From Syntrophales bacterium (GTDB lineage Bacteria; Desulfobacterota; Syntrophia; Syntrophales; PHBD01), in the NCBI GenBank assembly GCA_963668175.1, contig OY764159.1:3808001-3872000 (forward strand): a DNA stretch of 64,000 nt. The letters are read 5' to 3'. The stretch's first letter is position 1. Each line of letters opens with the position of its first letter. A program made the translations under genes and the position numbers. The notes beneath the pieces are model-generated. The model made no database searches. It had not been told where the DNA came from and saw only the letters and a program-made list of their open reading frames with translations. This document shows positions 19,313 through 30,629 of the stretch, one piece after another.

Positions 19313-20761
19313 ATGGCATTAAAGACGGCGAACGAATTTTTGGACAGCATCAAAAAAATGAAGCCCCGTGTATACTGCGGAGGGAAATGGGTCACGAATC
19401 TCTTGGACAATCCCGTTACCCGATCGATGGTCATGGCCAACTCGGCAATCTACGGACTGGCGGAAGACCCGAACAACAAAGAGGTCATGGTGGCGACATC
19501 CCACTTGACGGGGGAACCGATCAACCGTAACCTTAACGTGGCCAGAAACATCCACGACCTGGATATGCGCCAGGAAATGGCCCTGCTCACCAGCCAGACC
19601 GTCGGCACCTGCAACTACCGCTGTGTCGGCTGCGACGCCTTAAACAGCCTGGCTGCCACGACATGGGAAATGGACCGCGATCTGGGCACGAAATATAATG
19701 AGCGATTCAATAAATGGCTCACCTATGCGCAGAACAACGACCTGGCCGTTTCCGGCGCAATTACCGACGCCAAGGGCGATCGCAAGAAGAGGCCTTCCCA
19801 GCAGGACGACATCGATACCTATATCCACTTAAACGAAAAGCGCGACGACGGCATCGTGGTAAGCGGAATCAAGGTCAGCCAGAGCGGAGCCATCGGTTCC
19901 CATGAAACACTCGTCCTCCCGGGCGGTGGAATGAAGGAAGGAGAGGAAAAATTCGCCTTGGCCTTCGCCGTTCAGAACAGTGCTCCAGGCGTGACGTATA
20001 TCTGCCAGTACAACGCCTACTCGGCGGAACGGGCTGCATGCGACAGCGAAGACGAACTGGGAAATCCGATTTACGGCCAGCGGGAAACTTCGACGATGGT
20101 CTTCGACAACGTCTTTATCCCCTGGGAGCGGGTCTTTCTTTGCGGCGAAACGAAATACTGCGGCAAGATGGTTACCCGCTTCGCCAAGGCCCATCGCATG
20201 AACTGCGGCGGCGCCTGCAAGGTCGGATTCGCCGACCTGATTATCGGCGGCGCCATGATGGCAGCCGAATTAACGGGTGTTGAAAAAGTCCCGCACATCC
20301 AGGAAAAAATCATCGATATGGTCCGTTTCAGCGAAACCTCCCACGCTTGCGCCATCGCTGCCGCCATGCGGGGCAGAGAGGAGCCCAAGGGTTCGGGCGT
20401 CTACCTCCCGGACGATCTCTTCGGCAACGCCGCCAAGCTGAACATCGCCCACGGCTTCTGGGAAATACTGAAGAATGCCGGGGATATCGGCGGCGGGCTC
20501 GTCGTCACCATGCCGAGATTGAAAGACCTGGACAACCCGGAAGTCGGTCCGATGTTGAAGAAGGCATTTACAGCCGCCGGTCCGGCCGATCAGCGCTTAA
20601 AAGTCGCCAAGTTCCTGCAGCACTGGACGGCAGGCCTGCACGGGCCGGGGACATGGCATGGCGCCGGCGCGCCCCAGTCTCAGCGGGTCATGTTTACGGT
20701 CCTTACGGATTTCGAAACAAAGAAGAAAATGGCCAAGAAACTGATGGGCATGAAGGAATAA
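19313..20761 (+). CDS. 4-hydroxybutyryl-CoA dehydratase (AbfD)/HpaB-family protein, divergent paralogue 1
   Basis: SHLTGEPINR, GTCNYRCVGCD, ITDAKGDR, FDNVFIPWERVFLCGE, HRMNCGGACK, HGAGAPQ. Confidence 0.88.
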   Translation: MALKTANEFLDSIKKMKPRVYCGGKWVTNLLDNPVTRSMVMANSAIYGLAEDPNNKEVMVATSHLTGEPINRNLNVARNIHDLDMRQEMALLTSQTVGTCNYRCVGCDALNSLAATTWEMDRDLGTKYNERFNKWLTYAQNNDLAVSGAITDAKGDRKKRPSQQDDIDTYIHLNEKRDDGIVVSGIKVSQSGAIGSHETLVLPGGGMKEGEEKFALAFAVQNSAPGVTYICQYNAYSAERAACDSEDELGNPIYGQRETSTMVFDNVFIPWERVFLCGETKYCGKMVTRFAKAHRMNCGGACKVGFADLIIGGAMMAAELTGVEKVPHIQEKIIDMVRFSETSHACAIAAAMRGREEPKGSGVYLPDDLFGNAAKLNIAHGFWEILKNAGDIGGGLVVTMPRLKDLDNPEVGPMLKKAFTAAGPADQRLKVAKFLQHWTAGLHGPGTWHGAGAPQSQRVMFTVLTDFETKKKMAKKLMGMKE

Positions 20762-20769
20762 TCAGGAAC

Positions 20770-20810
20770 AAAAACCCCGGACCGTTTCTTCGGATGGTCC
20801 GGGGTTTTAT
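20770..20810. terminator. Bidirectional rho-independent terminator
   Basis: AAAAACCCCGGACC...GGTCCGGGGTTTT between convergent genes. Confidence 0.8.
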
Positions 20811-20829
20811 TCCCCGATGAAACGTTGTC

Positions 20830-23800
20830 TTATACCCTACCGTCCAAAACGTCCCGGACAATCCTGCCCAGGTCCTTTTTCGCAAAGGGCTTCATGATAA
20901 AAGCCCTGATTCCAAGTACCTTTGCCCGTGTTTCATCGATATACTCGCTGAATCCCGTGCACAGTATAATGGGTATATCCGATCTGATTTTCATGATTTC
21001 TCTTGCCAGCTCACTTCCCGGCATTGTCGGCATCGTCATATCCGTGATGACCAGATCGAATTGCGCAGGATCGGCGATAAACATCTTTAAGACCTCCACG
21101 CTGCTTGTCCCCGCCGTTACTTTATAACCGAGAGATTCGAGGATCATTCGGGCCAGATCAAGGAGTATCTTGTCGTCATCCGCATACAGGATATGTTCGT
21201 GTCCACGGGAAATGGTTTCCTCGCCGGCTATCTCCATTTCTGTGTCCTCTTTCTCGATTGAGGGAAGATAGACGTCGAAAATCGCGCCTTTCCCGCTTTC
21301 GCTGGTTACGTAAATCATACCGTCGTGATTCTTAACAATGCCGTAAACGACGGAAAGCCCAAGACCGGTCCCTTCTCCCGTCGCCTTGGTCGTGAAGAAA
21401 GGTTCGAAAATGCGTTCCTCGACGGCAGGATCTATCCCCGGTCCCGTATCGGCCACGCTCAATTTGATATAAAAACCGGGTCGAAAATCGGAATGGCCGG
21501 GTAATTTTTCAACCCGCAGATCCGCCTGTGAAAGATCGACCGTAAGGATACCCCCCTTCTCTCCCATAGCCTGGGCGGCATTTGTGCACAGATTCATGAT
21601 GATCTGGTGCATCTGGGTAATATCCGCATTGATCGTGCAGGAGGCATTGGTTATCTTCTGACGGATTTCAATTGTTGTCGGGAAGGTGGAACGGATGAGT
21701 TTGAGGGCCTCTTTCGCAATCGGTCTCAGATCGACGGGTTTCTTTTCATAGTCCGTATGGCGGCTGAAGGTCAGGATTTGCTTGACGAGGTTCTTCGCTC
21801 GGCTGGAGGCATTCAAAACTTCACTGAGTTTGCGACGGCGGCTTATGGGATCGTGTTCATCGAGCGACAACTCCGTGTAGCCGATAATCGCCGCCAGGAT
21901 GTTATTGAAATCATGGGCGATACCCCCGGCCAGCGTACCGATGGCTTCCATTTTCTGGGCTTGATGGAACTGCGTTTCTAAGTGGACACGTTCCGTTATA
22001 TCCTGGACCGTCTGAACAGCCCCGGCTACTTTTCCGGCCGGATCGAAAATTCTCGCCGCCTGAATGGATACGATCCTCTCTTCGCCATCCGGCCAGATCC
22101 TGCCGGTACTCTCGAATCGTCCGGAGAACTGGGCATTCTTCAGAATCCCCCGGTGACCGAATTTTGTCATGACTTCATCGTCCGTCATGTTCAGAAGGAG
22201 TTCGGCAAGGGATGGATGCGCTTTTCCCTTGAAAAGATGGCTGATATCCAATTCTCGTCCCATGACGTCCTCTTTTGACTTCCCCATGAAGATTTCGCTG
22301 CTCCGGTTCCAGAGGACAACTGTCCGGTCGCGGTCGATGACAAAGGCGGAAATGGGAATCCTGTCAAGGATGGCCACAAGGCGGTCGTGTTCTTGGGACA
22401 AGGCCTCTTCCATCCGGCGCCTTTCGGTGATGTCCCTGATTGATTCAATGGCGCCGACGATGGCGCCCCTTGTGTCATAAAGAGGCGCGGCCGTTCCGAG
22501 CAGGTACGCCTTTCGTCCCTGCAGGTTATGTATGTATGCCTCCCCGATGATTAAATCGTCCTGTCTTTTGATACCTTCATATTTGTTTTCAAGGCCTTCC
22601 CGAGGTTCAAACACCAGGTCGATGAGTATCGGCCTTTTCACACCATAAAAGGGGATTGCGTATTCATAATCCCCTTTCCCGAGGATATCCACGGCCATGA
22701 ATCCGGTCAGGGCTTCTATGGCCCGGTTCCAGGCGATCACCCTTCCTTCTCTGTCGATGACCATAGTCGCATCCGGCAGGAAGTTGATAATGTCGGAAAG
22801 GCGGCGTTCGCCTTCATGCAGAGCCTTTTCCGCCTGCTTACGCCGGGTGATATCAATGATAGTTCCTGAAACCAAGTTCTCTTCAAGAACGCAGGAAGTC
22901 AGGATAAATTTTGTTTCCCCGGATTTCGAAAGAACCTCTATCTCGTAATTCAGGACACGGCCATATTGCTGAAGCGACTCAAGGAATTTTCTCCGGTCGT
23001 TCCAGTCCTTATACAATGTTACGGCGTTCACTCCTATCATCGCGTTTGCCGACTCATATCCGAATATATCGGCATAGGCCTGGTTCGCGAATAATATCCG
23101 GCCGTCCGCACTCGCCTGATAAACACCGACAGGTGTATTGTCGACGAGATCCCGGTACTTCTTCTCGGAACGCCTCAGATCTTCTCCGATTTTCTTGCGC
23201 TCCGTATTGTCCCGGATACATTCGATCGCACCGATGATCTCGCCCTTCGAATTGCGGAGGATTGATGCCGTGGCGGAAAGATGGGCCCCTCGGCTCCCCT
23301 GCAGGGCCGGCGTATAGGATTCTCCGAAGAGAATCTCACCTCTTCTTTCGAACGTCGTATATTGCTTCTCAAGCTCCTCATCGGGATTCAGAACGAGATC
23401 GATAAGGGTCGGACGTCTCACACCGTAGAAAGGAACGCCATGTTCATAATTTCCCTTACCGATCATGTCTTTGGAATCGACTCCTGTCATGTCTTCCATG
23501 GCCCGGTTCCAGGCGATCACCTTTCCCTCCCGGTCGATAACCATGGTCGCATCCGGCAGAAAGTCGATAATGGTAGCCAGTTGCCGCTCGCTTTCCCGAA
23601 GGGCCTGTTCGACCTTCTTCCTCTCGGTAATATCACGGATCGACTCAATGGCCCCCGTCAGGGCGCCTTTACTGTCGTATAAAGGGCTGGCGATGCCCCA
23701 GAGGATACATGGCCTGCTTTCGGTGGACACGTCCGCTTCGGCCAGGAGCGAGCCGTCTTCGCTGCGCTGCACAAAAAGATACCTTTTTTCAATATCTTCT

Positions 23801-25332
23801 TCGGTTTGAAAGACGAGATCGATCAGAATCGGTCGCCGAACCCCGTAAAAGGGCAAGGCATATTCGTAATTCCCCCTGCCCAGCATTTTAGAAGCGCCGA
23901 TTCCGGTCATTTCCTCAATGGCCCTGTTCCAGGCGATGACACAGCCTCCTTTGTCGATGACAAAGGTCGCATCGGGCAGAAAATCAATGATATGGGCGAG
24001 CCGCTGCCGGGATTCCCTCAACTCGTCGTCGGCCTTCTTGCGCTCGGAGATGTCCCTCCAGGTCGTGTATAGAAGCCTTTTTCCCTTTACCTGAATCGAT
24101 GTCAGCATAACATCCAGATAAAGCTCCGTTCCATCCGGACGCTTGCGAACCCATTCGAAGCGGTTCGATCCCTCGGCAAATGCCAGATTGATCATCTTCT
24201 TCGCCTTTTCCGACGACAGCTCCCCATCTGGTTGCCTGTAAGGGGATATATCCTCCGGCGTCAAACCGAGAAGCTGCGATTTGTCCGAAAAACCTGCAAT
24301 TCTCAGGGCGGATTCATTGCAGTCGACGTAGCGGACCCCGTCCGTGATCAGATTGGCGTCGCCGGATTTTTCAAAGAGAAGACGGAAGACCTCCTCGCTT
24401 TCCCTCAGATGATCCTGCATCCGGATTTGCTCGGTAATATCGCGGCAGGTTCCTTCATAATAGAGAATGCCGCCCTGATCGTCGCTGACAGATCTCGCGT
24501 TAACGGCCACCCAGATTTTGCTCCCGTCTTTGCGGCGTACCTGATATTCGATGTTATCGATCCGCCCGTGCGCTTTAAGGAGACCGGAAAATCGCTCTCG
24601 CTCGACAGGATCGGCGTAGTACTCACGGGATATATCCGAAATCGCGTCGATCATCTCCTGTGGCGAGTCGTACCCGCACATGGCGGCCATGGCCGGGTTG
24701 ACCCGGATGAACCGGCCCTCCGGCGTGCTGTGGTAGATACCGACGAGCATGTTTTCATAGATGCTCCGGTAACGCACCTCGCTTTCTCTTAGTGCCTCGT
24801 TTGCCTTCAAAAGGGCAGCCGTCCGTTCCTCGACCTGCATAGACAGTCTTTCCGTAAGCTGGACAAGCTCGGCTTCCGTACGTTTCTTCTCGGTAATATC
24901 GATCGTATTGCCCAGGACGGCTCTCTTGCCCTGGTACATAATCGAAACCACTTTTTCCAACAGCCATCTGACGCTGCCGTCTTTGCAGAGGATTCGATAC
25001 TCATAAGGCGTCGGGTCTCTGCCCTTCAGCATCCCGATACCTGCGGCCCTGACCCGTATCTGATCCTCCGGATGAACAGTGTCGCTTATCAGGGAGAGTT
25101 TCAAAAGTTCTTCTTCGGAATAACCTGAATAGGAGGAAATGTGCGCATTGGTGAAAACGGTTCTGCCGTTCTGGACGATGTAGATACCGGCCTGCACACT
25201 GTCGGCGATGATCCTGAAGACGTTATCCTCCAGGTTCGACAGGGACATATCCTTCCTCAGACTATCAATCTGCAGCCGCAAGCGGGATACTTCCTCAATA
25301 AGTTCTTTTTTGTCTTTTTCGCCGTCGCGCAT
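20830..25332 (-). CDS. Cytoplasmic multi-PAS hybrid sensor histidine kinase (about 8 PAS, HisKA, HATPase, REC)
   Basis: Repeated PAS/PAC domains, [10 protein letters not shown]-box, NLCTNA, DTGPGI, FFTTK, GTGLGL, and a REC domain (DDD, ITDMTMP, KPF). Start ATG 25332 assumed. Confidence 0.95.
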   Translation of the reverse strand: MRDGEKDKKELIEEVSRLRLQIDSLRKDMSLSNLEDNVFRIIADSVQAGIYIVQNGRTVFTNAHISSYSGYSEEELLKLSLISDTVHPEDQIRVRAAGIGMLKGRDPTPYEYRILCKDGSVRWLLEKVVSIMYQGKRAVLGNTIDITEKKRTEAELVQLTERLSMQVEERTAALLKANEALRESEVRYRSIYENMLVGIYHSTPEGRFIRVNPAMAAMCGYDSPQEMIDAISDISREYYADPVERERFSGLLKAHGRIDNIEYQVRRKDGSKIWVAVNARSVSDDQGGILYYEGTCRDITEQIRMQDHLRESEEVFRLLFEKSGDANLITDGVRYVDCNESALRIAGFSDKSQLLGLTPEDISPYRQPDGELSSEKAKKMINLAFAEGSNRFEWVRKRPDGTELYLDVMLTSIQVKGKRLLYTTWRDISERKKADDELRESRQRLAHIIDFLPDATFVIDKGGCVIAWNRAIEEMTGIGASKMLGRGNYEYALPFYGVRRPILIDLVFQTEEDIEKRYLFVQRSEDGSLLAEADVSTESRPCILWGIASPLYDSKGALTGAIESIRDITERKKVEQALRESERQLATIIDFLPDATMVIDREGKVIAWNRAMEDMTGVDSKDMIGKGNYEHGVPFYGVRRPTLIDLVLNPDEELEKQYTTFERRGEILFGESYTPALQGSRGAHLSATASILRNSKGEIIGAIECIRDNTERKKIGEDLRRSEKKYRDLVDNTPVGVYQASADGRILFANQAYADIFGYESANAMIGVNAVTLYKDWNDRRKFLESLQQYGRVLNYEIEVLSKSGETKFILTSCVLEENLVSGTIIDITRRKQAEKALHEGERRLSDIINFLPDATMVIDREGRVIAWNRAIEALTGFMAVDILGKGDYEYAIPFYGVKRPILIDLVFEPREGLENKYEGIKRQDDLIIGEAYIHNLQGRKAYLLGTAAPLYDTRGAIVGAIESIRDITERRRMEEALSQEHDRLVAILDRIPISAFVIDRDRTVVLWNRSSEIFMGKSKEDVMGRELDISHLFKGKAHPSLAELLLNMTDDEVMTKFGHRGILKNAQFSGRFESTGRIWPDGEERIVSIQAARIFDPAGKVAGAVQTVQDITERVHLETQFHQAQKMEAIGTLAGGIAHDFNNILAAIIGYTELSLDEHDPISRRRKLSEVLNASSRAKNLVKQILTFSRHTDYEKKPVDLRPIAKEALKLIRSTFPTTIEIRQKITNASCTINADITQMHQIIMNLCTNAAQAMGEKGGILTVDLSQADLRVEKLPGHSDFRPGFYIKLSVADTGPGIDPAVEERIFEPFFTTKATGEGTGLGLSVVYGIVKNHDGMIYVTSESGKGAIFDVYLPSIEKEDTEMEIAGEETISRGHEHILYADDDKILLDLARMILESLGYKVTAGTSSVEVLKMFIADPAQFDLVITDMTMPTMPGSELAREIMKIRSDIPIILCTGFSEYIDETRAKVLGIRAFIMKPFAKKDLGRIVRDVLDGRV

Positions 25333-25465
25333 CGAAAAGTCCCGCCGACCGGAAAGATAGAACAAGGGATAGACACCCCGGCGGACGGACCCGAAACGTC
25401 CGTTCGGTATCCCTTGTAATTTGAAGGCTGGTTGATAATCGCCAAAGTATCTGATGAATCAACTA

Positions 25466-25481
25466 TGAAAGAAACATGCCA
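25466..25481 (-). promoter_or_regulatory. Putative sigma54 promoter for the multi-PAS kinase
   Basis: Minus strand TGGCAT-N5-TTTCA (-24/-12; variant -12). Confidence 0.5.
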
Positions 25482-25802
25482 TGAACCAGCCGGACATCAC
25501 AGGCGATTATTATTCAGTATTTACAAAGAGATAAATGTAAGACAAGAAAAATGGGAACGACAGGGAAGGCGTTCATATCTTTTATCCCGGACGGGGCAGG
25601 AACAAGGGTCTTGGAATCAAACATCTTTCCGGAACAGAAATACGACCTTCACATCGCGAGAAAGGTCTTCACCGTATTGACTGGTATGTTTTGTCTGTTC
25701 CAAGAGGCCTTTGTCCCTCTATGACGGCGATCTCATCGGAAAGACTGCTATTCATACCGATAGTCCTGTGCTATAATCCTTCCGCAGTTCTTTTTGGGGA
25801 TC

Positions 25803-27509
25803 ATGCCCATGAAGATTATCTACCTTGCCGATATCCATGGCGACTTTGACCGGGTTAAGAGGCTCCTGGCCTCGACCGACGCCCAGGTTTACATCGTCGC
25901 CGGCGACCTCATCGACCGGCCTTTCTTCTCGGAAGCGATGGCGGCCAGGTACAGAAACTTGCAGTCCTCTTTTTCTTCCCTCCAGGGCCGATGGAAAGAC
26001 GATTCGGCCGACTTGGACGATTTTATCGATACCCTTTTGAAACATACGGACCTGGCCGTCGATATCCGGGAACAGGCTGCGGCATACCGGGAGACAACGG
26101 TCCGGGCCCGGAGAAGCATGCAGCAGAAATATAAGATTCTCGAGAGTATCCTGTTTCTGAAAGGTACGTCCCGGATTCTCTGTCTGCCCGGCAATTACGA
26201 CATGGACCTGCAGTATACGTCCCTCCACGGAAGAGATCTGCACCGTCATTGGTATCATGTGGCTGAGCTTCGGATTGCCGGTTACGGAGGGGCCGATGTG
26301 ACCACGCCGGGTATCCCCAATCGATATGCCGTACCCTATAACGCCGATCGCGGTTCAAGCGAAATGACCCGGTTTTTCGCCGAGACATGCCCCGACATCA
26401 TCGTAACGCACAAACCAGCCCACGGGATCCACGATCACGTATCTCCCATGGGGGAAAGCGGATCACCGGAACTGCGAAGATTCTGCGAAGAAAACCAGGT
26501 ATTGTTGTGCCTGACGGGCCACATCCACGATCAATGGGGATTCGAAGAATTCGAGGGAACGATCTTTATGAACCCGTCGAATTTCGGTGCCGTACCGAAG
26601 CCCGGCGGACAGGTGGCCGAAGGCGGGTTCTTTTACGACATTGACACCAGGGATCGGCAGATCATATCGGTTACATTAAGCAAACTGGTGGGCGACAAGG
26701 TTCACGATATCGTGGTTCATGAATCTACCGGGGGGCAATGGAACAAAGATATCGTTGACCGGGAGCGCTTTGGGGCATTGCTTTCGGGCAAGAACTGCGA
26801 CCGGCGGGAGGAAGATGAAAATCGCGTCCCGAAGAGCGACATAGTGCAGAAAATGCGACTGTTTTTTCCGGAACTGGCGACAGCCGGGGCAACAGATGCG
26901 CTCGCAGAGGATGTGGAACGTATTGCCGCCCGGATCGAAAAACAATTCGGCGTGGCGGTTGCCGTGGACCTCCTGGGCGAAGACAGATTGACGACCTCCC
27001 GTGCCTCTTCGGTCCTGGAGGTCGTCGTCTATTTGCGTCGCGATGGAGATAAGACGGGAGGAAAGCATCCGGAAGAAGGCATCGGCCGGCCCGGATGCAA
27101 CGACATTCTGCTGGCTTTGCAGGACGCTTTTTCATCCTTGCCGCGTATACGCGTCGCCGACTGGATCGATCTCAACCGGACAGCCGGTGCCATACAGACT
27201 CACGACTATGAATGCGACGTTGCCCAGCGCTTCGCGGCCTACAGGGCGCTCGCCCGACCCCTCTGCGGATCGGCAGCGGACCTCGTCGAGCGGCAGCTAC
27301 AGGCATCCCCGGCATACCGGAGCGAAATAGAGGGAACCGGCTGTGCCTACATGGAAATATTCCGGAATCTGGCCGGCCGGGCGAAGGACATGAAGGTCTT
27401 CGAAGCCCGCCTGCGGGAACTGGGCATCACGGCACCCCCGGCCTTCAAAAAGAAGATCGAGGCAATCCTTTATGGCCGTAACGAAACGCAAGATCAAGAA
27501 TGTGATTAA
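25803..27509 (+). CDS. Calcineurin-like metallophosphoesterase fused to an uncharacterised C-terminal domain
   Basis: DIHG, GDLID, GNYD, THKP and GHIH motifs in the first ~300 aa, followed by a ~230-aa extra domain. Confidence 0.85.
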   Translation: MPMKIIYLADIHGDFDRVKRLLASTDAQVYIVAGDLIDRPFFSEAMAARYRNLQSSFSSLQGRWKDDSADLDDFIDTLLKHTDLAVDIREQAAAYRETTVRARRSMQQKYKILESILFLKGTSRILCLPGNYDMDLQYTSLHGRDLHRHWYHVAELRIAGYGGADVTTPGIPNRYAVPYNADRGSSEMTRFFAETCPDIIVTHKPAHGIHDHVSPMGESGSPELRRFCEENQVLLCLTGHIHDQWGFEEFEGTIFMNPSNFGAVPKPGGQVAEGGFFYDIDTRDRQIISVTLSKLVGDKVHDIVVHESTGGQWNKDIVDRERFGALLSGKNCDRREEDENRVPKSDIVQKMRLFFPELATAGATDALAEDVERIAARIEKQFGVAVAVDLLGEDRLTTSRASSVLEVVVYLRRDGDKTGGKHPEEGIGRPGCNDILLALQDAFSSLPRIRVADWIDLNRTAGAIQTHDYECDVAQRFAAYRALARPLCGSAADLVERQLQASPAYRSEIEGTGCAYMEIFRNLAGRAKDMKVFEARLRELGITAPPAFKKKIEAILYGRNETQDQECD

Positions 27510-28476
27510 GATGGGGGATCTCCTTTGCGCCTCTTTCAACCTGGAAGAGGCCTACGGCGTCATCGGACAGGAGATGCCCCGCCTTTTTCCCGCCGGCGCC
27601 TGTTATCGCTTCGACCATGCAAGGAATCTCCTTGATGCCGCCGTGTCATGGGGCGACGGGCCTCTGGAAACCGTATTCGCACGAGACGATTGCTTCGCCG
27701 TCCGCAGAAGCCGGCCCCATCTTGTTGTCGGCACGGATGAAGGAATCCCCTGCCCCCATATCTCCCGCAGGATGCAAGACCGGGCTTCCATCTGCGTACC
27801 CATGAACGTCCATGGCGTATTCATGGGCCTTATGCACATCCTGTTCCCTTACCCCTTAAGCGCAAGCAACCGTCTGGAAAAAGAAAAACTGGGAGCCGAC
27901 GAGCAACTCGCCCTCATCGCAACACGGCAAATAAGCCTGGCCCTGCGGAACATCCAACTTCGCGAAGAACTGAGCAATCTATCGACCATCGATGCCTTGA
28001 CAGGGCTGATCAACCGCGGCCATCTGGAGGAAAAATTGAACCGGGAGTTGAAGAAGGCCCAGCGGGAGGAAAAACCCCTCAGCATCGTCTTTATCGATAT
28101 CGACCATCTCGGTCAATTCAATCGCATGCACGGCCTGGAAGCAGGAGAAAGAGTGATTCAGGACCTGGGACACTTTCTGGGCGAGCAAATCAGGGAAACG
28201 GAGATCGCGTGCCGCTGGGGGGCCGATGAATTCGCGCTGATCCTACCCGGGTCAACGCTTGCCGCAACGCAAAGGCGTGCCGAGAACCTCAGGGAATTGC
28301 TGAAAGATCACGCCGCCTATGACGATCACAAACAGATGAGGCGTGTCACGCTTTCCATCGGAGTGGCGTCGCTCCCGGATCATGGAGAAACGGCGGGCGA
28401 CCTTCTTCAATCCGCCAGATCCGCAGTAAAAAGGGCCAAAAGCGAGGGACGCGATCGGGTCCGTATTGCCGATTGA
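27472..28476 (+). CDS. GAF + GGDEF-domain protein with a degenerate active site
   Basis: DALTGLINR, DIDH, RWGADEF, VTLSIGVA, AKSEGRDRV; N-terminal GAF. Overlaps the upstream gene. Confidence 0.88.
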   Translation: MAVTKRKIKNVIKMGDLLCASFNLEEAYGVIGQEMPRLFPAGACYRFDHARNLLDAAVSWGDGPLETVFARDDCFAVRRSRPHLVVGTDEGIPCPHISRRMQDRASICVPMNVHGVFMGLMHILFPYPLSASNRLEKEKLGADEQLALIATRQISLALRNIQLREELSNLSTIDALTGLINRGHLEEKLNRELKKAQREEKPLSIVFIDIDHLGQFNRMHGLEAGERVIQDLGHFLGEQIRETEIACRWGADEFALILPGSTLAATQRRAENLRELLKDHAAYDDHKQMRRVTLSIGVASLPDHGETAGDLLQSARSAVKRAKSEGRDRVRIAD

Positions 28477-28734
28477 CGAGGAAACATGGCGGCATGTCGG
28501 GACACAAAACCGCAGCCAGCGCTCCCTCGAATAGGTCATCATTTCAATCCATCGACAAATCCCGGTTCACCGGAATCCAATCGTCCGGCGCACCCGCTAT
28601 TTCCGGTCGAGCCGGACCCCATCCGTAAAAAACGTAGGACAGGATTCTGCTTCGCATGTGTTACCCGCCCAATACCTCGCTGTTCTTAGCACTTGCGTGC
28701 ATGACCACAAACTCCGAGCGAGCGTAAACTCGTA

Positions 28735-28750
28735 TGGCATAAACTTTGCT
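28735..28750 (+). promoter_or_regulatory. sigma54 promoter upstream of the chemoreceptor gene
   Basis: TGGCAT-AAACT-TTGCT matches the -24/-12 consensus. Confidence 0.7.
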
Positions 28751-29055
28751 GCCTACATAATGCTTTCCCGGATTGGCTGGTTCTCGTGTTCTGCTGATAT
28801 TCTGTAATAACGCCTCTATAACCCTCTCTCTTTCCGATGATACGCAACCGGATTGCCTGCCTCGTCGCGAATTCCTCCGGCAGGTGAAGCAAATATGTCA
28901 TGAGTGCGGGAGCAAGATACAACGCATTATTCCGAAACACGGAATCGGCAAGGCATCATGAAGCAAAGACCGGCGCAAAAATCATGAAGTGACTTAAAAC
29001 CCGGGGAATTGCCGGTGTATTGGACTTAAGAGTAATCGGACAGGAAGGAGAAATT

Positions 29056-30606
29056 ATGCTCAAGAAGATGAAATTAGGAACAAAAATAACGGGCGGTTTT
29101 ATCGTCATCATGGTGATCACGGCTTCCATCGCCTATGTCGGCTGGGACAGCCTGCAAGTCGTCACCGACCGGTTCTTCAAAGTGGATGACCTGGACTGCA
29201 TCACCAAATGCATCCTGCAGGCAAGGCGACACGAAAAGAATTTCATCATCCGCAATGACAAGCAATATATTGAAGAGGTCAATCAAGCGGTCGGGAAGCT
29301 GAAGACAACGGCCAACAATCTCAAGACGAAGCTCAAAGACCCGGCGAATGTCCGTCAGATGGATGCAGTTCTCGCCGCCGCCGCTTCCTATGAAAAGACG
29401 TTCGCGGACATGGTCTCTTTTCTGGGCAAACCGGGTATCACAACTGCCGAAAAGGATGAGAAGCTGAAAGCCTTCGACAGTCAGCTGCGCGACGCCGGCC
29501 GGGCCGTGGAAAAGGAATGTACTGAAGCCAAGAACGGCCACTTCGAACGCCTCAAATCCCAGATCGCCGGCGCCAATGCGTACATCGTCGGCGGAACCAT
29601 CGCCGCCATCGTGCTGGGACTTATTTTCGCCGTCGTCATGACCCGGATGATCACCAAGCCCATCCACCTCGTCATCGAAGGTCTGAATAATGGGGCCGAT
29701 CAAGTAACGGCGGCATCGACGGACGTGGCGACGTCAAGCCAGTCTCTCGCGGAAGGAGCCAGCGAACAGGCGGCGGCCATCCAGGAAACGTCCGCCTCCC
29801 TTGAAGAGCTTTCGTCCATGACCCGCAGGAACGCCGACAATGCCGCCCAAACAAGGGTCATGATGAAGGAGGCAAAGGAGGTTGTCGAAAAAGCAAGCTC
29901 CGAGCTGAATCAGATGATTATCGCCGTCGAAGACATCGCCAAGACAAGCGAACAGATTGAAAAGATTATAAAAACGATAGACGAGATCGCATTCCAGACC
30001 AACCTTCTGGCGCTCAACGCCGCTGTAGAAGCGGCGCGGGCGGGCGAAGCCGGGGCAGGATTTTCCGTCGTGGCCGAAGAAGTGAGAAACCTAGCCATCA
30101 GGGCCGCCGAGGCGGCGAAAAGCACCAATACGTTAATCGAGAATTCCATCAAGTCGGTGAAGCGCGGCAGCGAACTGACGTCTTCCACTCAGGACGCCTT
30201 TACGGCCAACAAGGACATCTCCATGAAGATCGCCAACCTGATCGACGAAATAGATACCGCCTCACAGGAACAGGCCAAGGGAATCGAGCAGATCAACAAA
30301 GCGGTCGTGGAAATGGATACGGTGATACAGAGAAATGCGTCCAGCGCCCAGGAAGCGGCGGCAGCCTCGGAAGAGTTGAATGCCCAGGCGGTAGAAACGA
30401 AGACCCATGTACAGAACCTGATGGCGGTTATCGGCATGTCGCAGGCCGACAATCGCAGCAACGGGGAAAAGGCGGTGAATCTGCACGCAGGCCAGGCTCA
30501 CGGCATTATGAAACCCACCGGGAAAAAGGGGAAATCAACGAACAAGGCTTTTCACCCGTCTCAGAGACTTTTGAGCCGGGATACTGAGGCTGCGCACGAT
30601 TTTTAA
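29056..30606 (+). CDS. Methyl-accepting chemotaxis protein
   Basis: Two TM helices and [47 protein letters not shown]. Confidence 0.96.
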   Translation: MLKKMKLGTKITGGFIVIMVITASIAYVGWDSLQVVTDRFFKVDDLDCITKCILQARRHEKNFIIRNDKQYIEEVNQAVGKLKTTANNLKTKLKDPANVRQMDAVLAAAASYEKTFADMVSFLGKPGITTAEKDEKLKAFDSQLRDAGRAVEKECTEAKNGHFERLKSQIAGANAYIVGGTIAAIVLGLIFAVVMTRMITKPIHLVIEGLNNGADQVTAASTDVATSSQSLAEGASEQAAAIQETSASLEELSSMTRRNADNAAQTRVMMKEAKEVVEKASSELNQMIIAVEDIAKTSEQIEKIIKTIDEIAFQTNLLALNAAVEAARAGEAGAGFSVVAEEVRNLAIRAAEAAKSTNTLIENSIKSVKRGSELTSSTQDAFTANKDISMKIANLIDEIDTASQEQAKGIEQINKAVVEMDTVIQRNASSAQEAAAASEELNAQAVETKTHVQNLMAVIGMSQADNRSNGEKAVNLHAGQAHGIMKPTGKKGKSTNKAFHPSQRLLSRDTEAAHDF

Positions 30607-30629
30607 GTGCTTCAATTAAGGAAGTCTGT

